DNA of 64,000 nt, from positions 2,688,001 to 2,752,000 of the forward strand of contig OY970166.1 in assembly GCA_963706595.1 (NCBI GenBank). The letters are read 5' to 3'. Every line of letters begins with the position of its first letter. Position 1 is the stretch's first letter. The stretch comes from an uncultured cyanobacterium (GTDB lineage: Bacteria; Cyanobacteriota; Cyanobacteriia; Cyanobacteriales; Nostocaceae). The notes under the pieces are model-generated. The model saw only the letters and a program-made list of their open reading frames with translations, was not told the DNA's origin and made no database searches. Below are positions 46,103 to 57,426 of this stretch, piece by piece. The position numbers were made by a program, and so were the translations under genes.

Positions 46103-48380
46103 ATGCGTTTATCTCCCGTATGGGTAGCAATGGTAGCAATGGCAACGCCATTAGGCGTAACATCTAGTGCCAATGCCCAAACCATTAATAGTTCAGGACA
46201 GACAGCAGAAGTTTTCACACCTGAAATTAATCAAGCGGTTCCAGCAAGTGAAACTCTCAACTTTCACTCTAACTCCATAGAAGTTCCATCTTTTGTTACA
46301 ATTATCCCTGTTAAATCAGCCCAGAAGACGACATCAGAGTAATAATCCCCACCTTGACAACGCCGAAAGTTAGTCCAAACTCTGAAAAAACGGCAAATTT
46401 TCTCACCCAACAGCCTAATTCTGTTCCAGAGATTGTACCCCCACAAGTGGACCAGCCGGTACCGTCACCAACCCCTGAAACTACTCCCAGTCCGGGAAAT
46501 TTAAATACTCCCAACGCCACCCCAAATGCTGAGGAACCTCGCGTACTAGTATCAGAAGTAGTTGTTAAACCTGAGACAGGAGAACTAACATCAGAACTGG
46601 AAGACCAAGTTTATCGAGTAATTCGTACCCAACCAGGTCGAACAACAACTCGCATCTCAACTGCAAGAAGATATTAATGCCATCTTTGGTACTGGCTTCT
46701 TCGCCAACGTTCAGGCAGTGCCAGAAGATACACCTTTGGGTGTGCGGGTGAGCTTTATTGTCCAACCCAACCCCGTCCTGAGTAAAGTAGAAGTGCAAGC
46801 CAATCCGGGAACTGATGTTCCTTCTGTACTGCCTGCTAGTACTGTGGATGAAGTATTTCGCGAGCAATATGGTCAAGTCCTCAACCTGCGCGAATTGCAA
46901 GAAGGCATCAAGAAGTTAACCGAGCAGTATCAAGAACAAGGTTACGTACTAGCAAACGTCATTGGATCGCCTCAAATCTCGGAAACTGGAGTTGTGACCC
47001 TGCAAGTAGCGGAAGGGGTAGTAGAAAATCTCAAAGTCCGGTTCCGCAATAGCGAAGGTCAGGAGACAGACGAGAAAGGGAGAACCAATTCGGGGTCGGA
47101 CACAGGAGTATATAATCACGCGAGAACTGGAATTAAAGCCAGGAGAAGTATTTAACCGCAACATAGTACAAAGAGACCTACAGAGGGTATTTGGACTAGG
47201 GTTATTTGAAGATGTAAATGTTTCCCTTGACCCTGGTACAGACCCTAGTAAGGTTGATGTAGTAGTGAATGTAGCCGAACGTAGTAGTGGTTCTATTGCG
47301 GCTGGAGCAGGGTTTAGTTCTGCTAGTGGACTATTTGGTACTGTTAGTTATCAGCAGCAAAACCTGCAGGAAGAAACCAAAACCTGGGCGCAGAAGTACA
47401 GGTAGGACAACGGGAACTGCTGTTTGACCTCCGGTTTACAGACCCTTGGATTGCAGGTGATCCCTACAGAACTTCTTATACAACCAATCTGTTTCGCCGC
47501 AGTTCCATTTCATTGATTTTTGATGGACAAGATGGTGATATTAGGACATTTGAACCAGAGGAAACAATGAGCACAGATGGCGATCGCCCCCGTGTTCTCC
47601 GACTAGGTGGTGGTGTTACCTTTACCCGTCCTCTATCTCCAAATCCCTATAAAAGATCGGAATGGACAGCTTCAGCCGGATTACAGTATCAACGAGTTTC
47701 CACCCGTGATGCCGATGGTAATGTCAGACCAGAAGGAGCCGTATTCGACGAGGATGGAGTCGCCGGAGAACGAATTCCCCTGAGCTTTATCAGGTGAAGG
47801 TGAAGATGATTTGCTGCTATTACAACTAGGCGCACAGCGCGATCTGCGTAATAACCCCTTACAACCCACCAGCGGTTCCTTCCTGCGCTTTGGGGTAGAT
47901 CAGTCCGTACCAGTCGGACTAGGTAGTATTTTTCTCACTAGATTACGAGGTAACTATAGCCAATACTTACCTGTTAATTTTACTAACTTCACCAAAGGGC
48001 CACAAACCCTAGCATTTAACCTGCAAGGGGGAACAATCCTCGGTGACTTGCCTCCCTATGAAGCTTTTACCCTCGGCGGTAGCAACTCGTTCGGGGTTAC
48101 GAAGAAGGAGCATTAAGCAGTGGACGCAGTTACGTACAAGCATCTGTTGAGTATCGCTTCCCTGTTTTCTCAGTAGTCAGTGGCGCACTGTTTTTTGATC
48201 TTGGTAGTGATCTGGGAACTACAACTAGGACCGGCTGAAGTATTAAACAAAAACGGTAGTGGCTACGGCTATGGACTTGGTGTGCGTGTACAATCTCCAC
48301 TAGGCCCAATTCGGATTGACTACGGCATTAACGATGATGGCGATAGTCGCATCAATTTTGGTATTGGTGAAAGGTTTTAA
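46103..48380 (+). CDS. bamA: Omp85/BamA (Toc75-like) outer-membrane protein, split by several indels
   Basis: signal peptide, Pro-rich linker, POTRA fragments, F.LGGSNS.RGY, SPLGPIRIDYG...FGIGERF. Confidence 0.92.
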
Positions 48381-48649
48381 TTAGTCATTGGTCATTGGTC
48401 ATTGGTCATTAGTCAATTGTGACTGAACTTTTACTTTTGACCCCTCGACTTACCTGCTACGAAGGCACAGTTGCTCAGGGTAAACATTTAACTTTTACGC
48501 GCCCTGGGTATAGGTACTTGCTAATTTTCACATTTACCTCAATACTGTTTCCATAAAGGCATAACGAACATTTTATTGAGGGGATTATCAGGGTTTTTAC
48601 CGAAACTTAAGATGAATCATACAAATCAAAATATATTAATTTTTTGCTT

Positions 48650-49476
48650 ATGCAACAGCACACCATAGCAGCGGAAATCACCCAAACTGGAGTGGGACTG
48701 CATAGTGGTGTGATTACCCATGTCCGGATATTACCATCTGAGCCAGGTAGTGGACGCTACTTTGTCCGGGTGGATTTGCCGGATTTACCAATCATTCCCG
48801 CCCAAGTTACGGCAGTAAATCAAACTCTGCTCTCAACTCAATTAGGTGAGGGTGAAGCCTGCATTCGCACAGTAGAGCATTTATTAGCAGCACTTGTAGG
48901 AATGGGGGTGGATAACGCCCGAATTGAAATTGATGGCTCAGAAGTCCCACTATTAGACGGTTCGGCAAAGGTATGGACTGAAAGTATTGCTCAAGTTGGC
49001 TTGTATCACAACCAATTAACAACCAAGTTCCTTTGGTTGTCAAAGAGCCAATATGGATTTATGAAAATGATGCTTTTGCTTGCGCCCTACCAGCATCAAA
49101 AACCCGTTTTAGTTACGAAATTGATTTTGAGCTATCGGCTATTGGTAATCAATGGCATAGTTGGTCACTGAGTGCCAGTTTTGCTGAAGAAATTGCCCCG
49201 GCTCGGACTTTTGGTTTACTGCATCAAATTGAACATTTACAAAAAACAGGGTTAATTAAAGGTGGTAGCTTGGATAATGCCCTGGTTTTTCGATCTGAAG
49301 GTTTGGTAAATCCACCATTAAGATTTGCAAATGAACCAGTTCGTCATAAAATCTTGGATTTAGTAGGAGATTTGAGTTTACTGGGAACTTTTCCGCAAGC
49401 TCATTTCTTAGCGTATAAAGCCAGCCACAATTTACACATTCAACTGGCTCGGAAAATTTTAGAGTTGGCAGGCTAA
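48650..49476 (+). CDS. lpxC: UDP-3-O-acyl-GlcNAc deacetylase (one indel near 49005)
   Basis: [41 protein letters not shown]. Confidence 0.95.
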
Positions 49477-49551
49477 AGTCTAAAATCTCAATTTTTACAG
49501 GTTTTCATCCCTGCCTACTTCATTTATCAATTAAAAATCAACATACCGCTA

Positions 49552-50062
49552 ATGGCAATCGTCACTGAAGTGAATAGTCCCGATACTACTGTAGCTACAT
49601 CTACCGCCAGAACAGATTACTGAAATTAAAACCACATTTTCCTCTGAAGAAATTCAGAAATTGCTACCCCACCGCTACCCATTTTTACTTGTAGATAAAA
49701 TAATTGACTATGTTCCAGGAAAATTGGCTGTAGGCGTTAAAAATGTTACTATCAACGAACCCCATTTTCCAGGACATTTCCCCGAACAGCCACTGATGCC
49801 AGGAGTGCTAATTGTTGAGGCTATGGCACAGGTTGGGGGTATTGTTCTCAAGCAACAGTCTGAGTTTGAAAACGGACTATTCGTTTTTGCTGGTATTGAT
49901 AAAGTGCGCTTTCGCCGCCAAGTCGTTCCAGGAGATCAGCTAGTGATGACAGTGGAACTGTTGTGGATAAAACAACGTCGTTTCAGTAAAATGCAAGCCC
50001 GTGCTGAGGTTGACGGTCAACTCGCTGCTGAAGGCGAATTAATGTTTTCTCTGATTAACTAA
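49552..50062 (+). CDS. fabZ: 3-hydroxyacyl-ACP dehydratase (likely indel in N-terminal extension)
   Basis: [27 protein letters not shown]. Confidence 0.96.
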
Positions 50063-50278
50063 TAATTTGCTGTGGTGCTGGTGGGTAAAGCCGTGATTTA
50101 CTCTGAGCTTAACCTAAATAAGAATAGCAGATAAAAAACAATCCACAACAGCATTTGATAATTTCTAGATTTTCGTCTCCCTTACACATAACTTGCTTGA
50201 CTCGACACTTTCGTCCACTTATTGTACAGACACGATTAATCGCGTCTCTACACTTAAAAAAGTTCTGGAGATTCACCC

Positions 50279-51098
50279 TTGAAGACGCTTATTCATCCAA
50301 CTGCTGTAATTCATCCTAAATCGGAACTCCACCCTACAGTACAAGTCGGTGCCTATGCTGTGATTGGAGCTCATGTCAAAGTCGGTCTGGAAACAATTAT
50401 TGGCGCTCATGTAGTGCTAGAAGGGCCTTGTGAGATTGGGGCGCGAAATCAAATTTTTCCAGGCGCAGCTATCGGTATGGAACCCCAGGATTTCAAGTTT
50501 GTGGGAGAACCGACTTGGGTCAAAATTGGTGACAATAACTTGATTCGTGAGTATGTCACTATTAACCGCGCTACTGGTGCTGGTGAAGCTACGGTGATTG
50601 GCAACAATAACCTTTTAATGGCTTATGTCCACGTAGCTCATAACTGCATAATTGAAGACAACGTAATTATTCCTAACTCAGTAGCTTTGGCAGGTCATGT
50701 TCACATAGAGTCACGCGCTAGGCTAGGTGGAGTTTTAGGTGTGCATCAATTTGTCCGCATTGGTCAACACGCAATGGTCGGGGGTATGGCACGTATTGAC
50801 CGGGATGTGCCTCCTTATATGTTGGTGGAGGGAAATCCAGCACGGGTCAGAACCCTGAATTTAGTGGGACTCAAACGTTCTGGGATGAACTCAACCGACC
50901 TGCAAGTTCTCAAAAAAGCGTTTCGGATTCTCTATCGGTCTGGCTTAAGTTTTAAGGAGGCTTTGGAACAGGCTCGAACAGTTGGGAGAAACGGAACAAT
51001 TGCAATACCTGCGTCGTTTTTTGCTCCTTTCTCAAATGCCAGGAAGACGTGGCTTAATTCCAGGAAGGAAAAAACCAGGCGGGAGTGATGAGTCCTAG
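50279..51098 (+). CDS. lpxA: UDP-GlcNAc O-acyltransferase (indel near 50970)
   Basis: hexapeptide repeats, PQD.KF, IREYVTINR, HVAHNC; tail RRGLIPG in another frame. Confidence 0.96.
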
Positions 51099-51186
51099 AT
51101 TAGTAAAGACGCGATAAATCGCGTCTCTACAAAGGCTTGAGCGCTAACTTTTAATGAATTAAATTTTAATTTTTAGTAATTATAAA

Positions 51187-52356
51187 ATGCGGATATTTAT
51201 CAGCACTGGCGAGGTATCTGGCGATTTGCAAGGTTCATTGCTAATTACAGCTATCCAGCGTCAAGCTGCTACTGCTGGTTTGCAATTAGAAATTGTGGCG
51301 CTGGGGGGAGAAAAAATGGCAGCAGCTGGAGCCACTATTTTGGGTAAAACTAGTGGTATTGGCTCGATGGGTTTGATAGAATCTCTGCCTTATATTTTCC
51401 CGACTATTCAGGTACAACGACGAGCGATCGCCTTTCTCAAAGACAATCCCCCTGATTTAGTGGTACTAATTGATTATATGGGGCCAAACTTGGGTATTGG
51501 CACTTATATGCAAAAGCATCTGCCACAAGTACCAGTGGTTTATTACATCGCTCCCCAAGAATGGGCGTGGTCAATGGGTTTGCGTAATACATCCCGAATT
51601 GTCGGTTTTACAGATAAACTTTTGGCTATCTTCCCCGAAGAAGCCCGTTATTTTCGCGAGAACGGCGCAGAAGTTAGCTGGGTTGGTCATCCCTTGGTTG
51701 ATCGAATGCAGGATGCACCTAGTCGTGAAGTAGCCCGCGCTCAATTGCAAATTCCACCAGCACAAAAGGCGATCGCACTACTTCCCGCTTCTCGTCGTCA
51801 AGAGCTAAAATATCTTTTACCGGTGATTTTTGCAGCAGCTCAAACGATTCAAGCTAAATTACCAGAAGTTCATTTTTGGATTCCCCTGTCACTAGAAGCT
51901 TACAGACAGCCAATCGAAGCCGCAATTCAAAGTTATGGTTTGCGGGCGACAGTTTTATCTGGTCAACAAAAAGAAGTATTTGCCGCAGCTGATTTTGCCA
52001 TAAGTAAATCTGGTACTGTCAACCTGGAACTAGCTTTACTAAATGTGCCGCAAGTTGTGGTTTATCGTCTCAATCCGATTACGGTTTGGATTGCCCGTAA
52101 AATCCTCAAAGGGTCGATAGTTTTTGCTTCCCCACCTAATTTAGTGGTAATGAAACCCATTGTGCCAGAGTTATTACAAGAGCAAGCCACAGCAGAGAAT
52201 ATTGTTCAAGCATCGATGGAATTACTGCTAAATCCTGAGCGTCGAGCGCAAACTTTGGCTGATTATGCCGAAATGCGGCAGCTTTTGGGAGAACTAGGGG
52301 TATGCGATCGCGTGGCTCAAGAAATTTTGCAAATGCTACCGGGTGTTGGGGAGTAG
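51187..52356 (+). CDS. lpxB: lipid-A-disaccharide synthase
   Basis: GEVSGDL, YYIAPQEW, VGHPL, LPASR, KSGT.NLE. Confidence 0.96.
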   Translation: MRIFISTGEVSGDLQGSLLITAIQRQAATAGLQLEIVALGGEKMAAAGATILGKTSGIGSMGLIESLPYIFPTIQVQRRAIAFLKDNPPDLVVLIDYMGPNLGIGTYMQKHLPQVPVVYYIAPQEWAWSMGLRNTSRIVGFTDKLLAIFPEEARYFRENGAEVSWVGHPLVDRMQDAPSREVARAQLQIPPAQKAIALLPASRRQELKYLLPVIFAAAQTIQAKLPEVHFWIPLSLEAYRQPIEAAIQSYGLRATVLSGQQKEVFAAADFAISKSGTVNLELALLNVPQVVVYRLNPITVWIARKILKGSIVFASPPNLVVMKPIVPELLQEQATAENIVQASMELLLNPERRAQTLADYAEMRQLLGELGVCDRVAQEILQMLPGVGE

Positions 52357-52390
52357 GGAGTAGGGAGGAATTGAAAAGGTGGTCAGGTAG

Positions 52391-53739
52391 ATGAGAAAAC
52401 AACGACCTATCGCTGTCGATTTATTTGCTGGTGCTGGTGGGATGAGCCTGGGCTTTGAACAAGCAGGTTTTGATGTACTTGCATCTGTAGAAATAGACCC
52501 CATCCACTGTGCAACGCACGAGTTTAATTTTCCTTTTTGGAGCGTTTTGTGCCAGCCTGTTGAAGAAATTACCAGTCAAGAAATTAGACAAAAATCATCG
52601 ATTGGCGATCGCGAAATTGATGTCGTGTTTGGTGGTCCCCCATGTCAAGGCTTTTCATTAATAGGTAAACGTTCTTTTGACGACCCTAGAAATTTTCTGG
52701 TATTTCATTATATTCGATTAGTATTAGAACTACAGCCCAAGTTTTTTGTTATTGAAAATGTCAAAGGAATGGTCTCCGGAAAACATCAAGAATTTATTGC
52801 AGAAATAATTAATAAATTTGCTAGCAATGGTTACCAAGTCCGGCAAAAATACCAAATTTTAAATGCTGCTCATTTCGGAGTACCACAAAATCGGGAAAGA
52901 TTATTTATTTTGGGTTGCCGTCAGGCTTAGAATTACCCAATTACCCAGATATAATTACTAAACCTGCTAAACAAAATAAATCTACACTTGCTTCGGCTAG
53001 CCTCAGCACAAGAGCTACAGAATTGACTTTAACTCCTACGGTTTGGGATGCACTTCAAGACTTGCCCAAAATAGAAAAATATCGGAAATTATATCAACGT
53101 GATTGGGTAGTTGCAGATTTTGGTAAGCCCAGTGATTATGGTCGGCTACTTCGTGGGCTGGGTTCTACAGATAATGACTATTCATATCAACGTCAGTATG
53201 ACTCTAGAATCCTGACCTCAAGTTTAAGAACAAAGCATAATTTAGAATCTATTACCAGATTTGCAGCTACAGCTTATGGTAAAACGGAAAGAATTAGTCG
53301 CTTCCATAAACTTGACCCGGACGGGATTTGTAATACTCTCAGAGCCGGAACTCCTAGTAATCGAGGAGCTTTTACTTCCCCTAGACCAATTCATCCGTTG
53401 ATACCCAGATGTATTACTGTGCGTGAAGCAGCGCGTTTACATTCTTATCCAGATTGGTTTAGGTTCCATGTCACAAAATGGCATGGATTTCGACAAATAG
53501 GAAATTCTGTTCCTCCTTTATTAGCTAAAGCCGTCGCCTTAGAAATTATTAAATGTTTAGATATAAACTTAGATCAACCCACAACTATCAAACATTTAGG
53601 AAATGATGTTTTACTAAGTTTTGGGATGACGCAAGCCGCTAAATACTTCCAAGTGAATCCGCATACTATAGAGCCTAGAGTCAGAAAATCAAATATCAAT
53701 AAATTGGTTCCTGCTGATCAAGTTTCTACAGCAGATTGA
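52391..53739 (+). CDS. dmtC: orphan C5-cytosine DNA methyltransferase, likely CGATCG (HIP1-core) specific; one indel near 52920
   Basis: FAGAGG, GPPCQGFS, ENV, PQ.RER; TRD region CNTLRAGT..RPIH..WHGFRQIGNSV recalls M.Ssp6803I. Confidence 0.75.
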
Positions 53740-53765
53740 CAAAATTATCGAAATTGCGAATAAAT

Positions 53766-54718
53766 TTAAGTCCAAGCCCGGAAGAATGTACTATCTTCCC
53801 AGATATTAGCAGTACGTTGAGCGATCGCATTTAATTCTTGTTGACTCAGGGGTTGAAAAGCACGAGCTACCTTGCACTATTCTTTAATTGTGGTGTTCTT
53901 CAGCCGCAATCACGCAACAATGAACCCCAGGCTCAGACATCGTATATCCTAAAGCTTGCTGCATACCTGCCAAACCACCGGGTTTAAACAACCGACCATA
54001 AGCCGGGACTTTCATGGCAATTACACCCACGTTTTTGGCTTGCGCTATCGGCAGAACTACCGGAAGAAAAGGACGTGGATGATGTTGGTCGGCAGCATTC
54101 ACAGGAATCAGTGTAGCGTGGAAAGGATAGCGGCGCAGTCCTTCGGCAATTATTTCTGGGTCATGATGTCCGGTAATACCTGCGAAGCGTACAAGTTTCT
54201 GCTGTATGGCTTCTTCTAAAGCTGTAATTGCACCAGATGCACTAAAGATAGTGTCGAGTTCTGAGGAAAAGGACACATGATGCAACTGCCATAAATCAAG
54301 GTAATCTGTATTCAGACGTTTAAGCGATCGCTCCAATTCTCGCCATGCACCATCGTAGTCTCTTTGATCAGTCTTGCTGGCTAGAAACAGCCCAGAACGA
54401 TCGGGTGGTCAGCACTTTTCCTAAATAATCTTCACTAGGACCATAACTAGCAGCCGTATCAAAGTAGCGGATACCCAGTTCCAACGCTTTTTGAATAATT
54501 GCTTCAGCATCACGTTCTCTGTCATCCCAAGATAGCGGCGTTTGTCCTGCACCTCCCAATCCGAAAATAGGTAAATTTACTTCAGTGCTTCCCAGGACTC
54601 GTTCTGGCATAGTTGCTGTTGGTTTAGCAGCCTGTGGAAAGGCAGTAGTTGCTGTAATACCGCTAGCTACAGCAACACTGGTAATTATAAAATTGCGCCG
54701 TGTTTGCTTTTCTATCAT
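53766..54718 (-). CDS. aldo/keto reductase with twin-arginine-like leader (split by indels)
   Basis: TRRNF, GIRYFDTAASYG.SE, SLKRLNTDYLDLWQLH, GVIAMK. Confidence 0.88.
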
Positions 54719-55035
54719 GATTGGCTGCGGCGAAATTGCACCTTTTATCTTAGCGAAGGACAATTGCTCTGAGACATCTACCTAAATGAGTATATGAAAA
54801 GCTCACGCATTGGCGCTAGCCTCTCCCTTTTGGAGAAGGGCGCAAAGCTATAAAGAATTCACAATACAAGTTTTATTGTTGTGCATTCAATCACATAATG
54901 AATTTACAGAAAACTACATCCCTAGTGTGAATAATGTACTTCTATTAAATGATGCTGAAAGCGCTTAATTAGAAACCCTCTCTGAAGTATGCAGAGGGTT
55001 TGAAAAAATTATTCACTCATAATCAAGACTCAAAA

Positions 55036-55887
55036 CTACTGTTGCTGATTTCCACTTGATAAACTACTAGGATTAATGTTAATTAAAGGCAACGCACCAT
55101 TACCACTCATGACTGTGGGAAAACGACCATCCCATTTTTCTATGGCTTGCTTTTGTAACAAATCTGGCGTTAAAGTTAGCCGTTGTAATCTTTGCGCTTC
55201 GGCTTGACCTTTGGCGCGGTTGATATCTGCTTGGGCTTCTTGAGTCGCTTTCTGAGCAATAAACTCAGCCTGTTTAGCCTCTTGTTCTGCGATTTGTTTA
55301 GATTCAATTGCTCTACTAAACTCTGGAGAAAAGGAGAAATTCACTAAAGAAACATCATCTATAATAATACCGTAAGATGCTAAACGGTTTTCAAGATGAT
55401 TATCAATTTCTTCCTTTAATTCTGTCCTTTTCGTAATCACTTCTTCGGCTGTTTTTTTAGCAGTAGCTGCTTTTAAAACTTCCGATACTGCCGGGGTAAT
55501 AATGCCATCAATAATTAGTTTCTCATCTCCAACTTGTTGAAAAATTTTATTGACCTGCAACGGGTCAAGATGCCAGTTTACAGCCAGTTCTGTCGTGATC
55601 GTCTGGAGGTCTTTAGACGCTGCATCAGATTTAAAAGTATTTTGCTGAACGCGAACGTTGAGCCTTTTAACTGATGTGACAATTGGCATAATCGGATGTA
55701 GACCTTCGCCTAAAACTTTATCTTGAACTTTGCCAAACTGCATAAGTACACCCCGTTCACCAGCATTTACAATGGCAAAGGGACGGATTGTCATTGCCAA
55801 AAATAAGAACAATATTCCTCCGGCAATGTAAAAGCCATACTGAGATTTATTTTCCAAACTGTTGGCAATATTACGCATATTCTTCAC
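55036..55887 (-). CDS. prohibitin (SPFH) family protein
   Basis: V.AGERGV..FG, ASKDLQ, FS.EF.RAIE.KQ.AEQ, AIEKWDG. Confidence 0.93.
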   Translation of the reverse strand: MKNMRNIANSLENKSQYGFYIAGGILFLFLAMTIRPFAIVNAGERGVLMQFGKVQDKVLGEGLHPIMPIVTSVKRLNVRVQQNTFKSDAASKDLQTITTELAVNWHLDPLQVNKIFQQVGDEKLIIDGIITPAVSEVLKAATAKKTAEEVITKRTELKEEIDNHLENRLASYGIIIDDVSLVNFSFSPEFSRAIESKQIAEQEAKQAEFIAQKATQEAQADINRAKGQAEAQRLQRLTLTPDLLQKQAIEKWDGRFPTVMSGNGALPLININPSSLSSGNQQQ

Positions 55888-56042
55888 CGTAAGATAAGTT
55901 AATATTTTTGTTGATTATTTATACATCAACAATTCTAATTGTCTCACAAGCCACACAAATTTTAAAATTCATGTAACCGTTTTATATACACCGTTATTAA
56001 TCAAAATTTCGGAAAAACACAGATTTAATTCCCTCTTTAAAT

Positions 56043-56708
56043 ATGAAGATTAATCAACATCATGCTTGGCCACTGACTGTGGAAGAAGCGATCGCCATCC
56101 AAGAAAGTTTACGAAATCAGGTAACTCGGTCAGATAAACTCAAAGAACCTGTCCAATATGTGGCTGGTGTAGATATGGGTTTTGAGTCCAATGGTACTAT
56201 TAGCCGTGCAGCAGTTGCAGTGCTAAGTTTCCCTGATTTGCAAGTTGTAGAAACCTCATTAGCGTACCGTCCGACATCATTTCCCTACATTCCCGGTTTT
56301 CTCTCATTTCGGGAAATACCAGCCGTACTTGATGCACTAGAAAAGATTCAAATTACACCAGATATTATTTTGTGTGATGGTCAAGGAATTGCTCATCCGC
56401 GCCGATTGGGCATAGCTAGTCATCTTGGGGTTATCTTGGATATGCCGACAATTGGTGTAGCAAAATCATTGCTAATTGGTAAGCATGAAGAATTATCAGA
56501 CACTAAGGGTAGCTGGCAACCATTAATACATAAAGGTGAAACTATTGGAGCAGTTTTAAGAACCCGTCAAGGAGTAAAGCCTGTATATGTCTCTATTGGT
56601 CATCGCATCAGTTTAAACACGGCAATTGACTATGTATTAAGCTGTACACCAAAATATCGCTTACCCGAAACTACACGCATTGCTGATAAATTAGCATCAG
56701 CGAGATAA
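56043..56708 (+). CDS. nfi: endonuclease V
   Basis: VAGVD, FPYIPGFLSFRE, DGQGIAHPRR.G.A.H, YRLPETTR.AD. Confidence 0.97.
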   Translation: MKINQHHAWPLTVEEAIAIQESLRNQVTRSDKLKEPVQYVAGVDMGFESNGTISRAAVAVLSFPDLQVVETSLAYRPTSFPYIPGFLSFREIPAVLDALEKIQITPDIILCDGQGIAHPRRLGIASHLGVILDMPTIGVAKSLLIGKHEELSDTKGSWQPLIHKGETIGAVLRTRQGVKPVYVSIGHRISLNTAIDYVLSCTPKYRLPETTRIADKLASAR

Positions 56709-56799
56709 CCTAAACACTTGCTTACTCTGGCTGAATCGTGTTAGGAATGGCACAGAGGGAAGTTGAAGTAACTAAATAATTATTATTTAACTGACAAAG

Positions 56800-57339
56800 A
56801 TGAACACACTAACTTTACAGTGGCACGATACAGGCCAAGATAGAGTTCAGAATATTTATGAACACCAGCCCAGTAAAAATCCTAGCACCGTCCGCATTGG
56901 TCGAGATCCCATGCGGTGTGACATTATTTTGAGTCACCCGACTGTATCCGGTTTACACGTAGAAATATTTTTTCACAATCAGCAGCAATGCTTTTATATC
57001 AGAAATTTGCGATCGCCTAATCCCCCAATGATCGATGGACAGCAATTAGTCCAAGGTGAAATGCCTTTACGCGAAGGCAGTATTATTTATTTGGGTCAAG
57101 CAAAACTTCAAATTACAGCCGTTGCTATTAACAACATTCCAGCCACAATTTTAACACCACCACAACTGAGTCATAATCACCATCCACCCACACCCCCAGC
57201 ACCACCACAAGGAGTTTATGGTTTAGAGTGTCCCAAATGTCATAAAGTTTCCCCTGTAGAAAATCTGCAAATTGGCTGTCCTTGGTGTGGAACATCTTTA
57301 GCCGCATCAGTAAGCGTGTTAGTAGCACCCAATTATTAG
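56800..57339 (+). CDS. FHA domain protein with C-terminal zinc ribbon
   Basis: IGR...VS.LH FHA motif; CPKC...CPWC. Confidence 0.88.
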   Translation: MNTLTLQWHDTGQDRVQNIYEHQPSKNPSTVRIGRDPMRCDIILSHPTVSGLHVEIFFHNQQQCFYIRNLRSPNPPMIDGQQLVQGEMPLREGSIIYLGQAKLQITAVAINNIPATILTPPQLSHNHHPPTPPAPPQGVYGLECPKCHKVSPVENLQIGCPWCGTSLAASVSVLVAPNY

Positions 57340-57426
57340 GGGAGTGGGGAGTGGGGAGTCGGGAGTGGGGGGGAAGGATTGTAACTTCCTAATGACAAAT
57401 GACCAATGACAAATGACCAATGACAA

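Noticed and set aside
46103..48380. omp85 as a true pseudogene or programmed frameshift gene
   Set aside because: Multiple scattered indels in a normally essential gene with intact motifs fit sequencing error better
52391..53739. Restriction-modification system
   Set aside because: No cognate endonuclease; looks like the housekeeping orphan methyltransferase following lpxB
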